Positions 1 to 14,500 of a stretch of DNA of 64,000 nt are shown piece by piece. The notes beneath the pieces were generated by a model, which was not told where the DNA came from, made no database searches, and was given only the letters and a program-made list of their open reading frames with translations. Position 1 is the first letter of the stretch. Every line of letters begins with the position of its first letter. Position numbers and translations under genes: made by a program. Source of the DNA: Squalus acanthias (taxonomy: Eukaryota); contig JASTWF010000035.1 in assembly GCA_030390025.1 (NCBI GenBank), positions 2,666,001-2,730,000 on the forward strand. Direction: 5' to 3'.

Positions 1-1510
1 TGCACCTGCATGCTCGCCTTCAGTGACTGGTGTACAAGAACACCCAGGTCTCTCTGTACTTCCCCCTCTCCCAATTTATTGCCATTTAAATAATAATTTG
101 CCCTCCCGTTCCTGCACCCAAGGTGGATAACTTCGCACTTGTCCACATTATAGTGCATCTGCCATTTATCCGCCCAATCACCCAGTCTGTCCAAATCGCT
201 CTGGAGCTTCCTGGTCTCCTCCTCTGAGCCCACCCCCCCTCCTAGTTTAGTGTCGTCTGCAAATTTGGAAATGCTGCATCCGACTCCCTGATCCAGGTCA
301 TTAATGTAAATTGTGAACAGCTGGGGACCCAGGACAGATCCCTGTGGTACCCCACTTGTTACTGCCTGCCATTCAGAAAATGAGCCGTTTATTCCAACTC
401 TCTGTTTTCTATCTGACAGCCAGTTCTCTATCCACGTTAGTACTTTCCCCTTTATCCCATGAGCTTCAATTTTCCCTGCTAATCTTTTATGTGGGACCTT
501 ATCGAAGGCCTTTTGGAAGTCCAGGTACACCACATCTACTGGCTCTCCCCCATCTATTTTACCAGTTACTCCCTCAAAAAATTCCAATAGATTAGTCAAG
601 CACGATTTACCCTTTGTAAATCCATGTTGACTCTGTCCTATCCTGTCCCCATTTGCTAAGTGCTCCGCTATTTCATCCTCAAATAGTTGAGGCCCCAGCA
701 CTGATCCCTCTGGCACCCCACTAGTTACTGATTGCCAACCTGAAAATGACCCATTTATCCCGACTCTCTGTTTTCTGTTAGTTAGCCAATCCCCTATCCA
801 TGCTAATATATTACTCCCAACCCCGTGCGCTCTTATCTTTGCAGTAACCTTTTATGTGGCACCTTATCGACTGCCTTCTGGAAATCCAAATGCACTACAT
901 CTACTGGTTCCCCTTTATCACCCTGTTTGTTACATCCTCAAAGAACTCTAGCAAATTTGTCAAACACAATTTCCCTTTCATAAAACCATGTTGACTCTGC
1001 TTGATTGTCTTATGATTTTCTAAATGTCCTGCTATTACCTCCTTAATAATGGATCCCAGCATTTTCCCAATGACAGATGTTAGGCTAACTGGCCTATAGT
1101 TTCCTGCTTTCTGTCTCCCTCCTTTCTTGATTAGGGGAGTTACATTTGTGGTTTTCCAATCCGCTGTGACCTCTCCAGAGTCCAGGGAATTTTGGTAGAT
1201 TACAATCAACGCATCCACTATCTCTGCAGCCACTTCTTTTAAGACCCTAAAATGTAGGCCATCAGGTCCAGGGGACTTGTCAGCCTTTAGCCCCATTAGT
1301 TTGCCAAGTACTTTTTCTCTCGTGATAGAGATTGTTTTATGTTCCTCCCTCCCTATAGCCCCTTGATTATCTATTATTATTGGGATGTTTTTAGTGTCTT
1401 CTACCATGAAGACCGATCCAAAATAATTGTTTAGAGTCTCTGCCATTTCGCTATTTCCCATTATTAATTTCCCAGTCTCATCCTCTAAGGGACCAGCGTT
1501 TAATTTAGCT
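1..1510 (-). mobile_element. Two adjacent CR1 LINE ORF2 (RT) fragments (approx. 1-680 and 681-1510)
   Basis: ORF 901..1584 has KSPGPDGLH, GNYRPVSLTSV and SQHGFMKGK..CLTNLLEFFE. The GVPQGSVLGP region occurs twice, indicating two copies. Confidence 0.88.
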
Positions 1511-1557
1511 GCATCTGCCCACCTTCTCATCATGTCCCTCCTTCCCTTCTCTTTCAA

Positions 1558-1996
1558 TGTCTGCCGTGGCTCAGTGGGTAGCACCCTCGCCTCTGACAGA
1601 AGGTTGTGGGTTCAAGTCCCACTCCAGAGACTTGAGCACAAAATCCAGGCTGGCGCTCCAGTACTGAGGGAGTGTTGCACTGTCGGAGGTGCCGCCTTTT
1701 GGATGAGATGTTAAACCGAGGCCCTGTCTGCCCTCTCAGGTGGACGTAAAAGATCCTATGGCACTTCGAAGAAGAGCAGGATAGTTATCCCTGGTGTCCT
1801 GGCCAATATTTATCCCTCAATCAACATCACTAAAACAGATTATCTGGTCATTATCACATTGCTGGTTGTGGGAGCTTGCTGTGCGCAAATTGGCTGCTGC
1901 GTTTCCTACATTACAACAGTGACGACACTTCAAAAAGTACTTACTTGGCTGTAAAGCGCTTTGGTGGTCATGAAAAGCGCTATATAAATGCAAGTT
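1558..1996 (+). mobile_element. tRNA-derived DeuSINE (SacSINE1-like)
   Basis: Pol III A box TGGCTCAGTGG, B box GGTTCAAGTCC, Deu-domain-like core (GGAGGTGCCG...GGATGAGA...AAACCGAGG...AAAGATCC) and tail GCTATATAAATGCAAG. Second copy at 36672. Confidence 0.85.
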
Positions 1997-2462
1997 TAGC
2001 TGGCACAGGCTCGACGGGCTGAATGGCCTCCTTCTGTGCTGTAACCATTGTATGATTCTAGTCTTTCTTTCTCTCCAGAATTGTATCAAGTTATCCGTTG
2101 AACTCCTTTATACTGTGTCCTTCAGTTACCTTCCCTGGTCTCACCGAACAGATGGTATCTCTGGAGCTGAAATTTCTTGCTTGCAAACCATTTAAGCCCC
2201 GATTTTAACCTCGGATGAGACCCGGGTGGGCGGGCAGTTAAATGGGGCAGAGTACTTCCCTCTCCGGTCTCCACTCACCCAGGCTCGCTGCCATTTTAAC
2301 TTCTGTGTTTGCGGTAGCGTTGGGGGTGCCCGTGATTGGACAGGCCAGCTCTTTTCTACAGCATCAGTCAGCAGACAGCTTAAGGACCAGTAATACATAA
2401 AGCAGCCACTTCAAGAAATTGTAACTCGTTAAATATAAATGCGTTTTGATTTCCTCTTTCAG

Positions 2463-2534
2463 TATCAGAGTGCATTTAACAGCAAGCGAAAAGTGATCAG
2501 TCGATTGGCTAATGCTGTTAATTATGTGGATTTG
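2463..2534 (+). CDS. ADAM15: ADAM15-like exon (metalloprotease N-terminal helix, YQSAFNSKRKVISRLANAVNYVDL)
   Basis: Acceptor tttcctctttcAG at 2461-62, donor GTGAGT at 2535. 72 nt, phase 0/0. Equivalent to the exon that precedes FYRPL in ADAM12/15/19. Confidence 0.8.
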
Positions 2535-5500
2535 GTGAGTATGAGAACAGATTGAGATATTGGTACCATCGGTCACGGTAATAATTTTCTCTGTACTCCA
2601 TCATCGCAGTGCGCAGTTAGCAGGATCTGTGGGGCAGTGAGACAGGGTTTATGGGATGGGTAACCAGTGCAGTGAGACGGGGTTTATGGGATGGGTAACC
2701 AGTGCAGTGAGACGGGGTTTATGGGATGGGTAACCAGTGCAGTGAGACGGGGTTTATGGGATGGGTAACCAGTGCAGTGAGACGGGGTTTATGGGATGGG
2801 TAACCAGTGCAGTGAGACGGGGTTTATGGGATGGGTAACCAGTGCAGTGAGACGGGGTTTATGGGATGGGTAGTCAGCGCAGTGAGACGGGGTTTATGGG
2901 ATGGGTAACCAGCGCAATGAGACGGGGTTTATGGGATGGGTAACCAGCGCAGTGAGACAGGGTTTATGGGATGGGTAGTCAGTGCAGTGAGACGGGGTTT
3001 ATGGGATGGGTAGTCAGCGCAGTGAGACGGGGTTTATGGGATGGGTAGTCAGTGCAGTGAGACGGGGTTTATGGGATGGGTAACCAGTGCAGTGAGACGG
3101 GGTTTATGGGATGGGAAACCAGCGCAGTGAGACGGGGTTTATGGGATGGGTAGTCAGTGCAGTGAGACGGGGTTTGTGGGATGGGTAACCAGCGCAGTGA
3201 GACGGGGTTTATGGGATGGGTAGTCAGTGCAGTGAGACGGGGTTTATGGGATGGGTAGTCAGTGCAGTGAGACGGGATTTATGGGATGGGTAGTCAGTGC
3301 AGTGAGACGGGGTTTATGGGATGGGTAGTCAACGCAGTGACACGGGGTTTATGGGATGGGTAACCAGTGCAGTGAGACGGGGTATATGGGATGGGTAACC
3401 AGTGCAGTGAGAGGGGGTTTATGGGATGGGTAACCAGCGCAGTGAGACGGGGTTTATGGGATGGGTAGTCAGCGCAGTGAGACGGGGTTTATGGGATGGG
3501 TAGTCAGTGCAGTGAGACAGGGTTTATGGGATGGGTAACCCGTGCAGTGAGACGGGGTTTATGGGATGGGTAGTCAGCGCAGTGAGACGGGGTTTATGGG
3601 ATGGGTAGTCAGCGCAGTGAGATTGGGTTTATGGGATGGGTAGTCAGTGCAGTGAGACAGGGTTTATGGGATGGGTAACCAGTGCAGTGAGATGGGGTTT
3701 ATGGGATGGGTAACCAGTGCAGTGAGAAGGGGTTTATGGGATGGGTAACCAGTGCAGTGAGACGGGGTTTATGGGATGGGTAGTCAGTGCAGTGAGACGG
3801 GGTTTATGGGATGGGTAACTAGCGCAGTGAGAGGGTGTTTATGGGATGGGTAACCAGCGCAGTGAGAGGGGGTTTATGGGATGGGTAGTCAGTGCAGTGA
3901 GACGGGGTTTATGGGATGGGTAACCAGTGCAGTGAGACGGGGTTTATGGGATGGGTAACCAGTGCAGTGAGACGGGGTTTATGAGATGGGTAACCCGTGC
4001 AGTGAGACGGGGTTTATGGGATGGGTAACCAGCGCAGGGAGACGGGGTTTATGGGATGGCTAACCAGTGCAGTGAGACGGGGTTTATGGGATGGGTAACC
4101 AGCGCAGTGAGAGGGGGATATGGGATGGGTAACCAGTGCAGTGAGACGGGGTTTATGGGATGGGTAACCAGTGCAGTGAGACGGGGTTTATGGGATGGGT
4201 AGTCAGTGCAGTGAGACGGGGTTTATGGGATGGGTAGTCAGTGCAGTGAGACGGGGTTTATGGGATGGGTAGTCAGTGCAGTGAGACGGGGTTTATGGGA
4301 TGGGTAACCAGTGCAGTGAGAGGGGGTTTATGGGATGGGTAGTCAGCGCAGTGAGATGGGGTTTATGGGATGGGTAACCAGCGCAGTGAGACAGGGTTTG
4401 TGGGATGGGTAACCAGCGCAGTGAGACGGGGTTTATGGGATGGGTAACCCGTGCAGTGAGACAGGGTTTGTGGGATGGGTAACCAGCGCAGTGAGACGGG
4501 GTTTATGGGATGGGTAACCAGTGCAGTGAGACGGGGTTTATGGGATGGGTAACCAGTGCAGTGAGACGGGGTTTTATGGGATGGGTAGTCAGTGCAGTGA
4601 CACGGGGTTTATGGGATGGGTAACCAGTGCAGTGAGACGGGGTTTATGGGATGGGTAGTCAGCGCAGTGAGACGGGGTTTATGGGATGGGTAGTCAGTGC
4701 AGTGAGACGGGGTTTGTGGGATGGGTAACCAGTGCAGTGAGAGGGGGTTTATGGGATGGGTAACCAGTGCAGTGAGAGGGGGTTTATGGGATGGGTAACC
4801 AGTGCAGTGAGAGGGGGTTTATGGGATGGGTAACCAGTGCAGTGAGAGGGGGTTTATGGGATGGGTAACCAGCGCAGTGAGACGGGGTTTATGGGATGGG
4901 TAGTCAGCGCAGTGAGACGGGGTTTATGGGATGGGTAGTCAGTGCAGTGAGACAGAGTTTATGGGATGGGTAGTCAGCGCAGTGAGACGTGGTTTATGGG
5001 ATGGGTAGTCAGTGCAGTGAGACAGGGTTTATGGGATGGGTAACCAGTGCAGTGAGACGGGGTTTATGGGATGGGTAGTCAGCGCAGTGAGACAGGGTTT
5101 ATGGGATGGGTAACCAGTGCAGTGAGACGGGGTTTATGGGATGGGTAACCAGTGCAGTGAGAAGGGGTTTATGGGATGGGTAACCAGTGCAGTGAGACGG
5201 GGTTTATGGGATGGGTAGTCAGTGCAGTGAGACGGGGTTTATGGGATGGGTAACTAGCGCAGTGAGAGGGTGTTTATGGGATGGGTAACCAGCGCAGTGA
5301 GAGGGGGTTTATGGGATGGGTAGTCAGTGCAGTGAGACGGGGTTTATGGGATGGGTAACCAGTGCAGTGAGACGGGGTTTATGGGATGGGTAACCAGCGC
5401 AGTGAGACGGGGTTTATGGGATGGGTAACCCGTGCAGTGAGACGGGGTTTATGGGATGGGTAGTCAGTGCAGTGAGACGGGGTTTATGGGATGGGTAACC

Positions 5501-8500
5501 AGTGCAGTGAGACGGGGTTTATGGGATGGGTAACTAGCGCAGTGAGAGGGTGTTTATGGGATGGGTAACCAGCGCAGTGAGAGGGGGTTTATGGGATGGG
5601 TAGTCAGTGCAGTGAGACGGGGTTTATGGGATGGGTAACCAGCGCAGGGAGACGGGGTTTATGGGATGGCTAACCAGTGCAGTGAGACGGGGTTTATGGG
5701 ATGGGTAACCAGCGCAGTGAGAGGGGGATATGGGATGGGTAACCAGTGCAGTGAGACGGGGTTTATGGGATGGGTAGTCAGTGCAGTGAGACGGGGTTTA
5801 TGGGATGGGTAGTCAGCGCAGTGACACGGGGTTTATGGGATGGGTAACCAGTGCAGTGAGACGGGGTTTATGGGATGGGTAACCAGCGCAGTGAGAGGGG
5901 GTTTATGGGATGGGTAACCAGCGCAATGAGACGGGGTTTATGGGATGGGTAACCAGCGCAGTGAGACAGGGTTTATGGGATGGGTAGTCAGTGCAGTGAG
6001 ACGGGGTTTATGGGATGGGTAGTCAGCGCAGTGAGACGGGGTTTATGGGATGGGTAGTCAGTGCAGTGAGACGGGGTTTATGGGATGGGTAACCAGTGCA
6101 GTGAGACGGGGTTTATGGGATGGGTAACCAGCGCAGTGAGACGGGGTTTATGGGATGGGTAGTCAGTGCAGTGAGACGGGGTTTGTGGGATGGGTAACCA
6201 GCGCAGTGAGACGGGGTTTATGGGATGGGTAGTCAGTGCAGTGAGACGGGGTTTATGGGATGGGTAGTCAGTGCAGTGAGACAGGGTTTATGGGATGGGT
6301 AGTCAGTGCAGTGAGACGGGGTTTATGGGATGGGTAGTCAACGCAGTGACATGGGGTTTATGGGATGGGTAACCAGTGCAGTGAGAGTGGGTTTATGGGA
6401 TGGGTAACCAGCGCAGTGAGACGGGGTTTATGGGATGGGTAGTCAGCGCAGTGAGACGGGGTTTATGGGATGGGTAGTCAGTGCAGTGAGACAGGGTTTA
6501 TGGGATGGGTAACCCGTGCAGTGAGACGGGGTTTATGGGATGGGTAGTCAGCGCAGTGAGACGGGGTTTATGGGATGGGTAGTCAGCGCAGTGAGATTGG
6601 GTTTATGGGATGGGTAGTCAGTGCAGTGAGACAGGGTTTATGGGATGGGTAACCAGTGCAGTGAGACGGGGTTTATGGGATGGGTAACCAGTGCAGTGAG
6701 AAGGGGTTTATGGGATGGGTAACCAGTGCAGTGAGACGGGGTTTATGGGATGGGTAGTCAGTGCAGTGAGACGGGGTTTATGGGATGGGTAACTAGCGCA
6801 GTGAGAGGGTGTTTATGGGATGGGTAACCAGCGCAGTGAGAGGGGGTTTATGGGATGGGTAGTCAGTGCAGTGAGACGGGGTTTATGGGATGGGTAACCA
6901 GTGCAGTGAGACGGGGTTTATGGGATGGGTAACCCGTGCAGTGAGACGGGGTTTATGGGATGGGTAACCAGTGCAGTGAGAGGGGGATATGGGATGGGTA
7001 ACCAGTGCAGTGAGACGGGGTTTATGGGATGGGTAGTCAGTGCAGTGAGACGGGGTTTATGGGATGGGTAACCAGTGCAGTGAGACAGGGTTTATGGGAT
7101 GGGTAACCAGTGCAGTGAGACGGGGTTTATGGGATGGGTAACCAGCGCAATGAGACGGGGTTTATGGGATGGGTAACCAGCGCAGTGAGACGGGGTTTAT
7201 GGGATGGGTAACCAGTGCAGTGAGAGGGGGATATGGGATGGGTAACCAGTGCAGTGAGACGGGGTTTATGGGATGGGTAACCAGTGCAGTGAGACAGGGT
7301 TTATGGGATGGGTAACTAGCGCAGTGAGACAGGGTTTATGGGATGGGTAGTCAGTGCAGTGAGACGGGGTTTATGGGATGGGTAGTCAGTGCAGTGAGAC
7401 GGGGTTTATGGGATGGGTAGTCAGTGCAGTGAGACGGGGTTTATGGGATGGGTAACCAGTGCAGTGAGACAGGGTTTATGGGATGGGTAACTAGCGCAGT
7501 GAGACAGGGTTTATGGGATGGGTAGTCAGTGCAGTGAGACGGGGTTTATGGGATGGGTAGTCAGTGCAGTGACACGGGGTTTATGGGATGGGTAACCAGT
7601 GCAGTGAGACGGGGTTTATGGGATGGGTAACCAGCGCAGTGAGAGGGGGTTTATGGGATGGGTAACCAGCGCAGTGAGACGGGGTTTATGGGATGGGTAA
7701 CCAGTGCAGTGAGACGGGGTTTATGGGATGGGTAACCAGTGCAGTGAGACGGGGTTTATGGGATGGGTAACCAGCGCAGTGAGAGGGGGTTTATGGGATG
7801 GGTAACCAGTGCAGTGAGACGGGGTTTATGGGATGGGTAACCAGTGCAGTGAGACGGGGTTTATGGGATGGGTAGTCAGTGCAGTGACACGGGGTTTATG
7901 GGATGGGTAGTCAGTGCAGTGAGACGGGGTTTGTGGGATGGGTAACCAGTGCAGTGAGACGGGGTTTATGGGATGGGTAACCAGTGCAGTGAGACGGGGT
8001 TTATGGGATGGGTAGTCAGTGCAGTGACACGGGGTTTATGGGATGGGTAGTCAGTGCAGTGAGACGGGGTTTGTGGGATGGGTAACCAGCGCAGTGAGAC
8101 GGGGTTTATGGGATGGGTAGTCAGTGCAGTGCGACGGGGTTTATGGGATGGGTAGTCAGCGCAGTGAGACGGGGTTTATGGGATGGGTAACCAGTGCAGT
8201 GAGACGGGGTTTATGGGATGGGTAACCAGCGCAGTGAGACGGGGTTTATGGGATGGGTAGTCACTGCAGTGAGACAGGGTTTATGGGATGGGTAGTCAGT
8301 GCAGTGAGACGGGGTTTATGGGATGGGTAACCAGTGCAGTGAGACGGGGTTTATGGGATGGGTAGTCAGTGCAGTGACACGGGGTTTATGGGATGGGTAA
8401 CCAGTGCAGTGAGACGGGGTTTATGGGATGGGTAACCAGTGCAGTGAGACGGGGTTTATGGGATGGGTAGTCAGCGCAGTGAGACGGGGTTTATGGGATG

Positions 8501-11500
8501 GGTAACCAGCGCAGTGAGACGGGGTTTATGGGATGGGTAACCAGCGCAGTGAGACGGGGTTTATGGGATGGGTAACCAGTGCAGTGAGACGGGGTTTATG
8601 GGATGGGTAACCAGCGCAGTGAGACGGGGTTTATGGGATGGGTAGTCAGTGCAGTGAGACGGGGTTTGTGGGATGGGTAACCAGCGCAGTGAGACGGGGT
8701 TTATGGGATGGGTAGTCAGTGCAGTGAGACGGGGTTTATGGGATGGGTAGTCAGTGCAGTGAGACAGGGTTTATGGGATGGGTAGTCAGTGCAGTGAGAC
8801 GGGGTTTATGGGATGGGTAGTCAACGCAGTGACACGGGGTTTATGGGATGGGTAACCAGTGCAGTGAGAGTGGGTTCATGGGATGGGTAACCAGCGCAGT
8901 GAGACGGGGTTTATGGGATGGGTAGTCAGCGCAGTGAGACGGGGTTTATGGGATGGGTAGTCAGTGCAGTGAGACAGGGTTTATGGGATGGGTAACCCGT
9001 GCAGTGAGACGGGGTTTATGGGATGGGTAGTCAGCGCAGTGAGACGGGGTTTATGGGATGGGTAGTCAGCGCAGTGAGATTGGGTTTATGGGATGGGTAG
9101 TCAGTGCAGTGAGACAGGGTTTATGGGATGGGTAACCAGTGCAGTGAGACGGGGTTTATGGGATGGGTAACCAGTGCAGTGAGAAGGGGTTTATGGGATG
9201 GGTAACCAGTGCAGTGAGACGGGGTTTATGGGATGGGTAGTCAGTGCAGTGAGACGGGGTTTATGGGATGGGTAACTAGCGCAGTGAGAGGGTGTTTATG
9301 GGATGGGTAACCAGCGCAGTGAGAGGGGGTTTATGGGATGGGTAGTCAGTGCAGTGAGACGGGGTTTATGGGATGGGTAACCAGTGCAGTGAGACGGGGT
9401 TTATGGGATGGGTAGTCAGCGCAGTGAGACAGGGTTTATGGGATGGGTAACCAGTGCAGTGAGACGGGGTTTATGTGATGGGTAACCAGTGCAGTGAGAA
9501 GGGGTTTATGGGATGGGTAACCAGTGCAGTGAGACGGGGTTTATGGGATGGGTAGTCAGTGCAGTGAGACGGGGTTTATGGGATGGGTAACTAGCGCAGT
9601 GAGAGGGTGTTTATGGGATGGGTAACCAGCGCAGTGAGAGGGGGTTTATGGGATGGGTAGTCAGTGCAGTGAGACGGGGTTTATGGGATGGGTAACCAGT
9701 GCAGTGAGACGGGTTTATGGGATGGGTAACCAGCGCAGTGAGACGGGGTTTATGGGATGGGTAACCCGTGCAGTGAGACGGGGTTTATGGGATGGGTAGT
9801 CAGTGCAGTGAGACGGGGTTTATGGGATGGGTAACCAGTGCAGTGAGACGGGGTTTATGGGATGGGTAACTAGCGCAGTGAGAGGGTGTTTATGGGATGG
9901 GTAACCAGCGCAGTGAGAGGGGGTTTATGGGATGGGTAGTCAGTGCAGTGAGACGGGGTTTATGGGATGGGTAACCAGCGCAGGGAGACGGGGTTTATGG
10001 GATGGCTAACCAGTGCAGTGAGACGGGGTTTATGGGATGGGTAACCAGCGCAGTGAGAGGGGGATATGGGATGGGTAACCAGTGCAGTGAGACGGGGTTT
10101 ATGGGATGGGTAGTCAGTGCAGTGAGACGGGGTTTATGGGATGGGTAGTCAGTGCAGTGAGACGGGGTTTATGGGATGGGTAGTCAGCGCAGTGACACGG
10201 GGTTTATGGGATGGGTAACCAGTGCAGTGAGACGGGGTTTATGGGATGGGTAACCAGCGCAGTGAGAGGGGGTTTATGGGATGGGTAACCAGCGCAGTGA
10301 GACGGGGTTTATGGGATGGGTAACCAGTGCAGTGAGACGGGGTTTATGGGATGGGTAACCAGTGCAGTGAGACGGGGTTTATGGGATGGGTAACCAGTGC
10401 AGTGAGACGGGGTTTATGGGATCGGTAGTCAGCGCAGTGAGACGGGGTTTATGGGATGGGTAACCAGCGCAATGAGACGGGGTTTATGGGATGGGTAACC
10501 AGCGCAGTGAGACAGGGTTTATGGGATGGGTAGTCAGTGCAGTGAGACGGGGTTTATGGGATGGGTAGTCAGCGCAGTGAGACGGGGTTTATGGGATGGG
10601 TAGTCAGTGCAGTGAGACGGGGTTTATGGGATGGGTAACCAGTGCAGTGAGACGGGGTTTATGGGATGGGTAACCAGCGCAGTGAGACGGGGTTTATGGG
10701 ATGGGTAGTCAGTGCAGTGAGACGGGGTTTGTGGGATGGGTAACCAGCGCAGTGAGACGGGGTTTATGGGATGGGTAGTCAGTGCAGTGAGACGGGGTTT
10801 ATGGGATGGGTAGTCAGTGCAGTGAGACAGGGTTTATGGGATGGGTAGTCAGTGCAGTGAGACGGGGTTTATGGGATGGGTAGTCAACGCAGTGACACGG
10901 GGTTTATGGGATGGGTAACCAGTGCAGTGAGAGTGGGTTTATGGGATGGGTAACCAGCGCAGTGAGACGGGGTTTATGGGATGGGTAGTCAGCGCAGTGA
11001 GACGGGGTTTATGGGATGGGTAGTCAGTGCAGTGAGACAGGGTTTATGGGATGGGTAACCCGTGCAGTGAGACGGGGTTTATGGGATGGGTAGTCAGCGC
11101 AGTGAGACGGGGTTTATGGGATGGGTAGTCAGCGCAGTGAGATTGGGTTTATGGGATGGGTAGTCAGTGCAGTGAGACAGGGTTTATGGGATGGGTAACC
11201 AGTGCAGTGAGACGGGGTTTATGGGATGGGTAACCAGTGCAGTGAGAAGGGGTTTATGGGATGGGTAACCAGTGCAGTGAGACGGGGTTTATGGGATGGG
11301 TAGTCAGTGCAGTGAGACGGGGTTTATGGGATGGGTAACTAGCGCAGTGAGAGGGTGTTTATGGGATGGGTAACCAGCGCAGTGAGAGGGGGTTTATGGG
11401 ATGGGTAGTCAGTGCAGTGAGACGGGGTTTATGGGATGGGTAACCAGTGCAGTGAGACGGGGTTTATGGGATGGGTAACCCGTGCAGTGAGACGGGGTTT

Positions 11501-14500
11501 ATGGGATGGGTAACCAGTGCAGTGAGAGGGGGATATGGGATGGGTAACCAGTGCAGTGAGACGGGGTTTATGGGATGGGTAGTCAGTGCAGTGAGACGGG
11601 GTTTATGGGATGGGTAACCAGTGCAGTGAGACAGGGTTTATGGGATGGGTAACCAGTGCAGTGAGACGGGGTTTATGGGATGGGTAACCAGCGCAATGAG
11701 ACGGGGTTTATGGGATGGGTAACCAGCGCAGTGAGACGGGGTTTATGGGATGGGTAACCAGTGCAGTGAGAGGGGGATATGGGATGGGTAACCAGTGCAG
11801 TGAGACGGGGTTTATGGGATGGGTAACCAGTGCAGTGAGACAGGGTTTATGGGATGGGTAACTAGCGCAGTGAGACAGGGTTTATGGGATGGGTAGTCAG
11901 TGCAGTGAGACGGGGTTTATGGGATGGGTAGTCAGTGCAGTGAGACGGGGTTTATGGGATGGGTAGTCAGTGCAGTGAGACGGGGTTTATGGGATGGGTA
12001 ACCAGCGCAGTGAGACGGGGTTTATGGGATGGGTAGTCAGTGCAGTGAGACGGGGTTTATGGGATGGGTAACCAGTGCAGTGAGACAGGGTTTATGGGAT
12101 GGGTAACTAGCGCAGTGAGACAGGGTTTATGGGATGGGTAGTCAGTGCAGTGAGACGGGGTTTATGGGATGGGTAGTCAGTGCAGTGACACGGGGTTTAT
12201 GGGATGGGTAACCAGTGCAGTGAGACGGGGTTTATGGGATGGGTAACCAGCGCAGTGAGAGGGGGTTTATGGGATGGGTAACCAGCGCAGTGAGACGGGG
12301 TTTATGGGATGGGTAACCAGTGCAGTGAGACGGGGTTTATGGGATGGGTAACCAGTGCAGTGAGACGGGGTTTATGGGATGGGTAACCAGCGCAGTGAGA
12401 GGGGGTTTATGGGATGGGTAACCAGTGCAGTGAGACGGGGTTTATGGGATGGGTAACCAGTGCAGTGAGACGGGGTTTATGGGATGGGTAGTCAGTGCAG
12501 TGACACGGGGTTTATGGGATGGGTAGTCAGTGCAGTGAGACGGGGTTTGTGGGATGGGTAACCAGTGCAGTGAGACGGGGTTTATGGGATGGGTAACCAG
12601 TGCAGTGAGACGGGGTTTATGGGATGGGTAGTCAGTGCAGTGACACGGGGTTTATGGGATGGGTAGTCAGTGCAGTGAGACGGGGTTTGTGGGATGGGTA
12701 ACCAGCGCAGTGAGACGGGGTTTATGGGATGGGTAGTCAGTGCAGTGCGACGGGGTTTATGGGATGGGTAGTCAGCGCAGTGAGACGGGGTTTATGGGAT
12801 GGGTAACCAGTGCAGTGAGACGGGGTTTATGGGATGGGTAACCAGCGCAGTGAGACGGGGTTTATGGGATGTGTAGTCACTGCAGTGAGACAGGGTTTAT
12901 GGGATGGGTAGTCAGTGCAGTGAGACGGGGTTTATGGGATGGGTAACCAGTGCAGTGAGACGGGGTTTATGGGATGGGTAGTCAGTGCAGTGACACGGGG
13001 TTTATGGGATGGGTAACCAGTGCAGTGAGACGGGGTTTATGGGATGGGTAACCAGTGCAGTGAGACGGGGTTTATGGGATGGGTAGTCAGCGCAGTGAGA
13101 CGGGGTTTATGGGATGGGTAACCAGCGCAGTGAGACGGGGTTTATGGGATGGGTAACCAGCGCAGTGAGACGGGGTTTATGGGATGGGTAACCAGTGCAG
13201 TGAGACGGGGTTTATGGGATGGGTAACCAGCGCAGTGAGACGGGGTTTATGGGATGGGTAGTCAGTGCAGTGAGACAGGGTTTATGGGATGGGTAACCCG
13301 TGCAGTGAGACGGGGTTTATGGGATGGGTAGTCAGCGCAGTGAGACGGGGTTTATGGGATGGGTAGTCAGCGCAGTGAGATTGGGTTTATGGGATGGGTA
13401 GTCAGTGCAGTGAGACAGGGTTTATGGGATGGGTAACCAGTGCAGTGAGACGGGGTTTATGGGATGGGTAACCAGTGCAGTGAGAAGGGGTTTATGGGAT
13501 GGGTAACCAGTGCAGTGAGACGGGGTTTATGGGATGGGTAGTCAGTGCAGTGAGACGGGGTTTATGGGATGGGTAACTAGCGCAGTGAGAGGGTGTTTAT
13601 GGGATGGGTAACCAGCGCAGTGAGAGGGGGTTTATGGGATGGGTAGTCAGTGCAGTGAGACGGGGTTTATGGGATGGGTAACCAGTGCAGTGAGACGGGG
13701 TTTATGGGATGGGTAACCCGTGCAGTGAGACGGGGTTTATGGGATGGGTAACCAGTGCAGTGAGAGGGGGATATGGGATGGGTAACCAGTGCAGTGAGAC
13801 GGGGTTTATGGGATGGGTAGTCAGTGCAGTGAGACGGGGTTTATGGGATGGGTAACCAGTGCAGTGAGACAGGGTTTATGGGATGGGTAACCAGTGCAGT
13901 GAGACGGGGTTTATGGGATGGGTAACCAGCGCAATGAGACGGGGTTTATGGGATGGGTAACCAGCGCAGTGAGACGGGGTTTATGGGATGGGTAACCAGT
14001 GCAGTGAGAGGGGGATATGGGATGGGTAACCAGTGCAGTGAGACGGGGTTTATGGGATGGGTAACCAGTGCAGTGAGACAGGGTTTATGGGATGGGTAAC
14101 TAGCGCAGTGAGACAGGGTTTATGGGATGGGTAGTCAGTGCAGTGAGACGGGGTTTATGGGATGGGTAGTCAGTGCAGTGAGACGGGGTTTATGGGATGG
14201 GTAGTCAGTGCAGTGAGACGGGGTTTATGGGATGGGTAACCAGTGCAGTGAGACAGGGTTTATGGGATGGGTAACTAGCGCAGTGAGACAGGGTTTATGG
14301 GATGGGTAGTCAGTGCAGTGAGACGGGGTTTATGGGATGGGTAGTCAGTGCAGTGACACGGGGTTTATGGGATGGGTAACCAGTGCAGTGAGACGGGGTT
14401 TATGGGATGGGTAACCAGCGCAGTGAGAGGGGGTTTATGGGATGGGTAACCAGCGCAGTGAGACGGGGTTTATGGGATGGGTAACCAGTGCAGTGAGACG

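Noticed and set aside
1558..1640. tRNA gene (also near 36672)
   Set aside because: The A/B boxes belong to the tRNA-derived SINE head and continue into the SINE body. No complete cloverleaf is evident.
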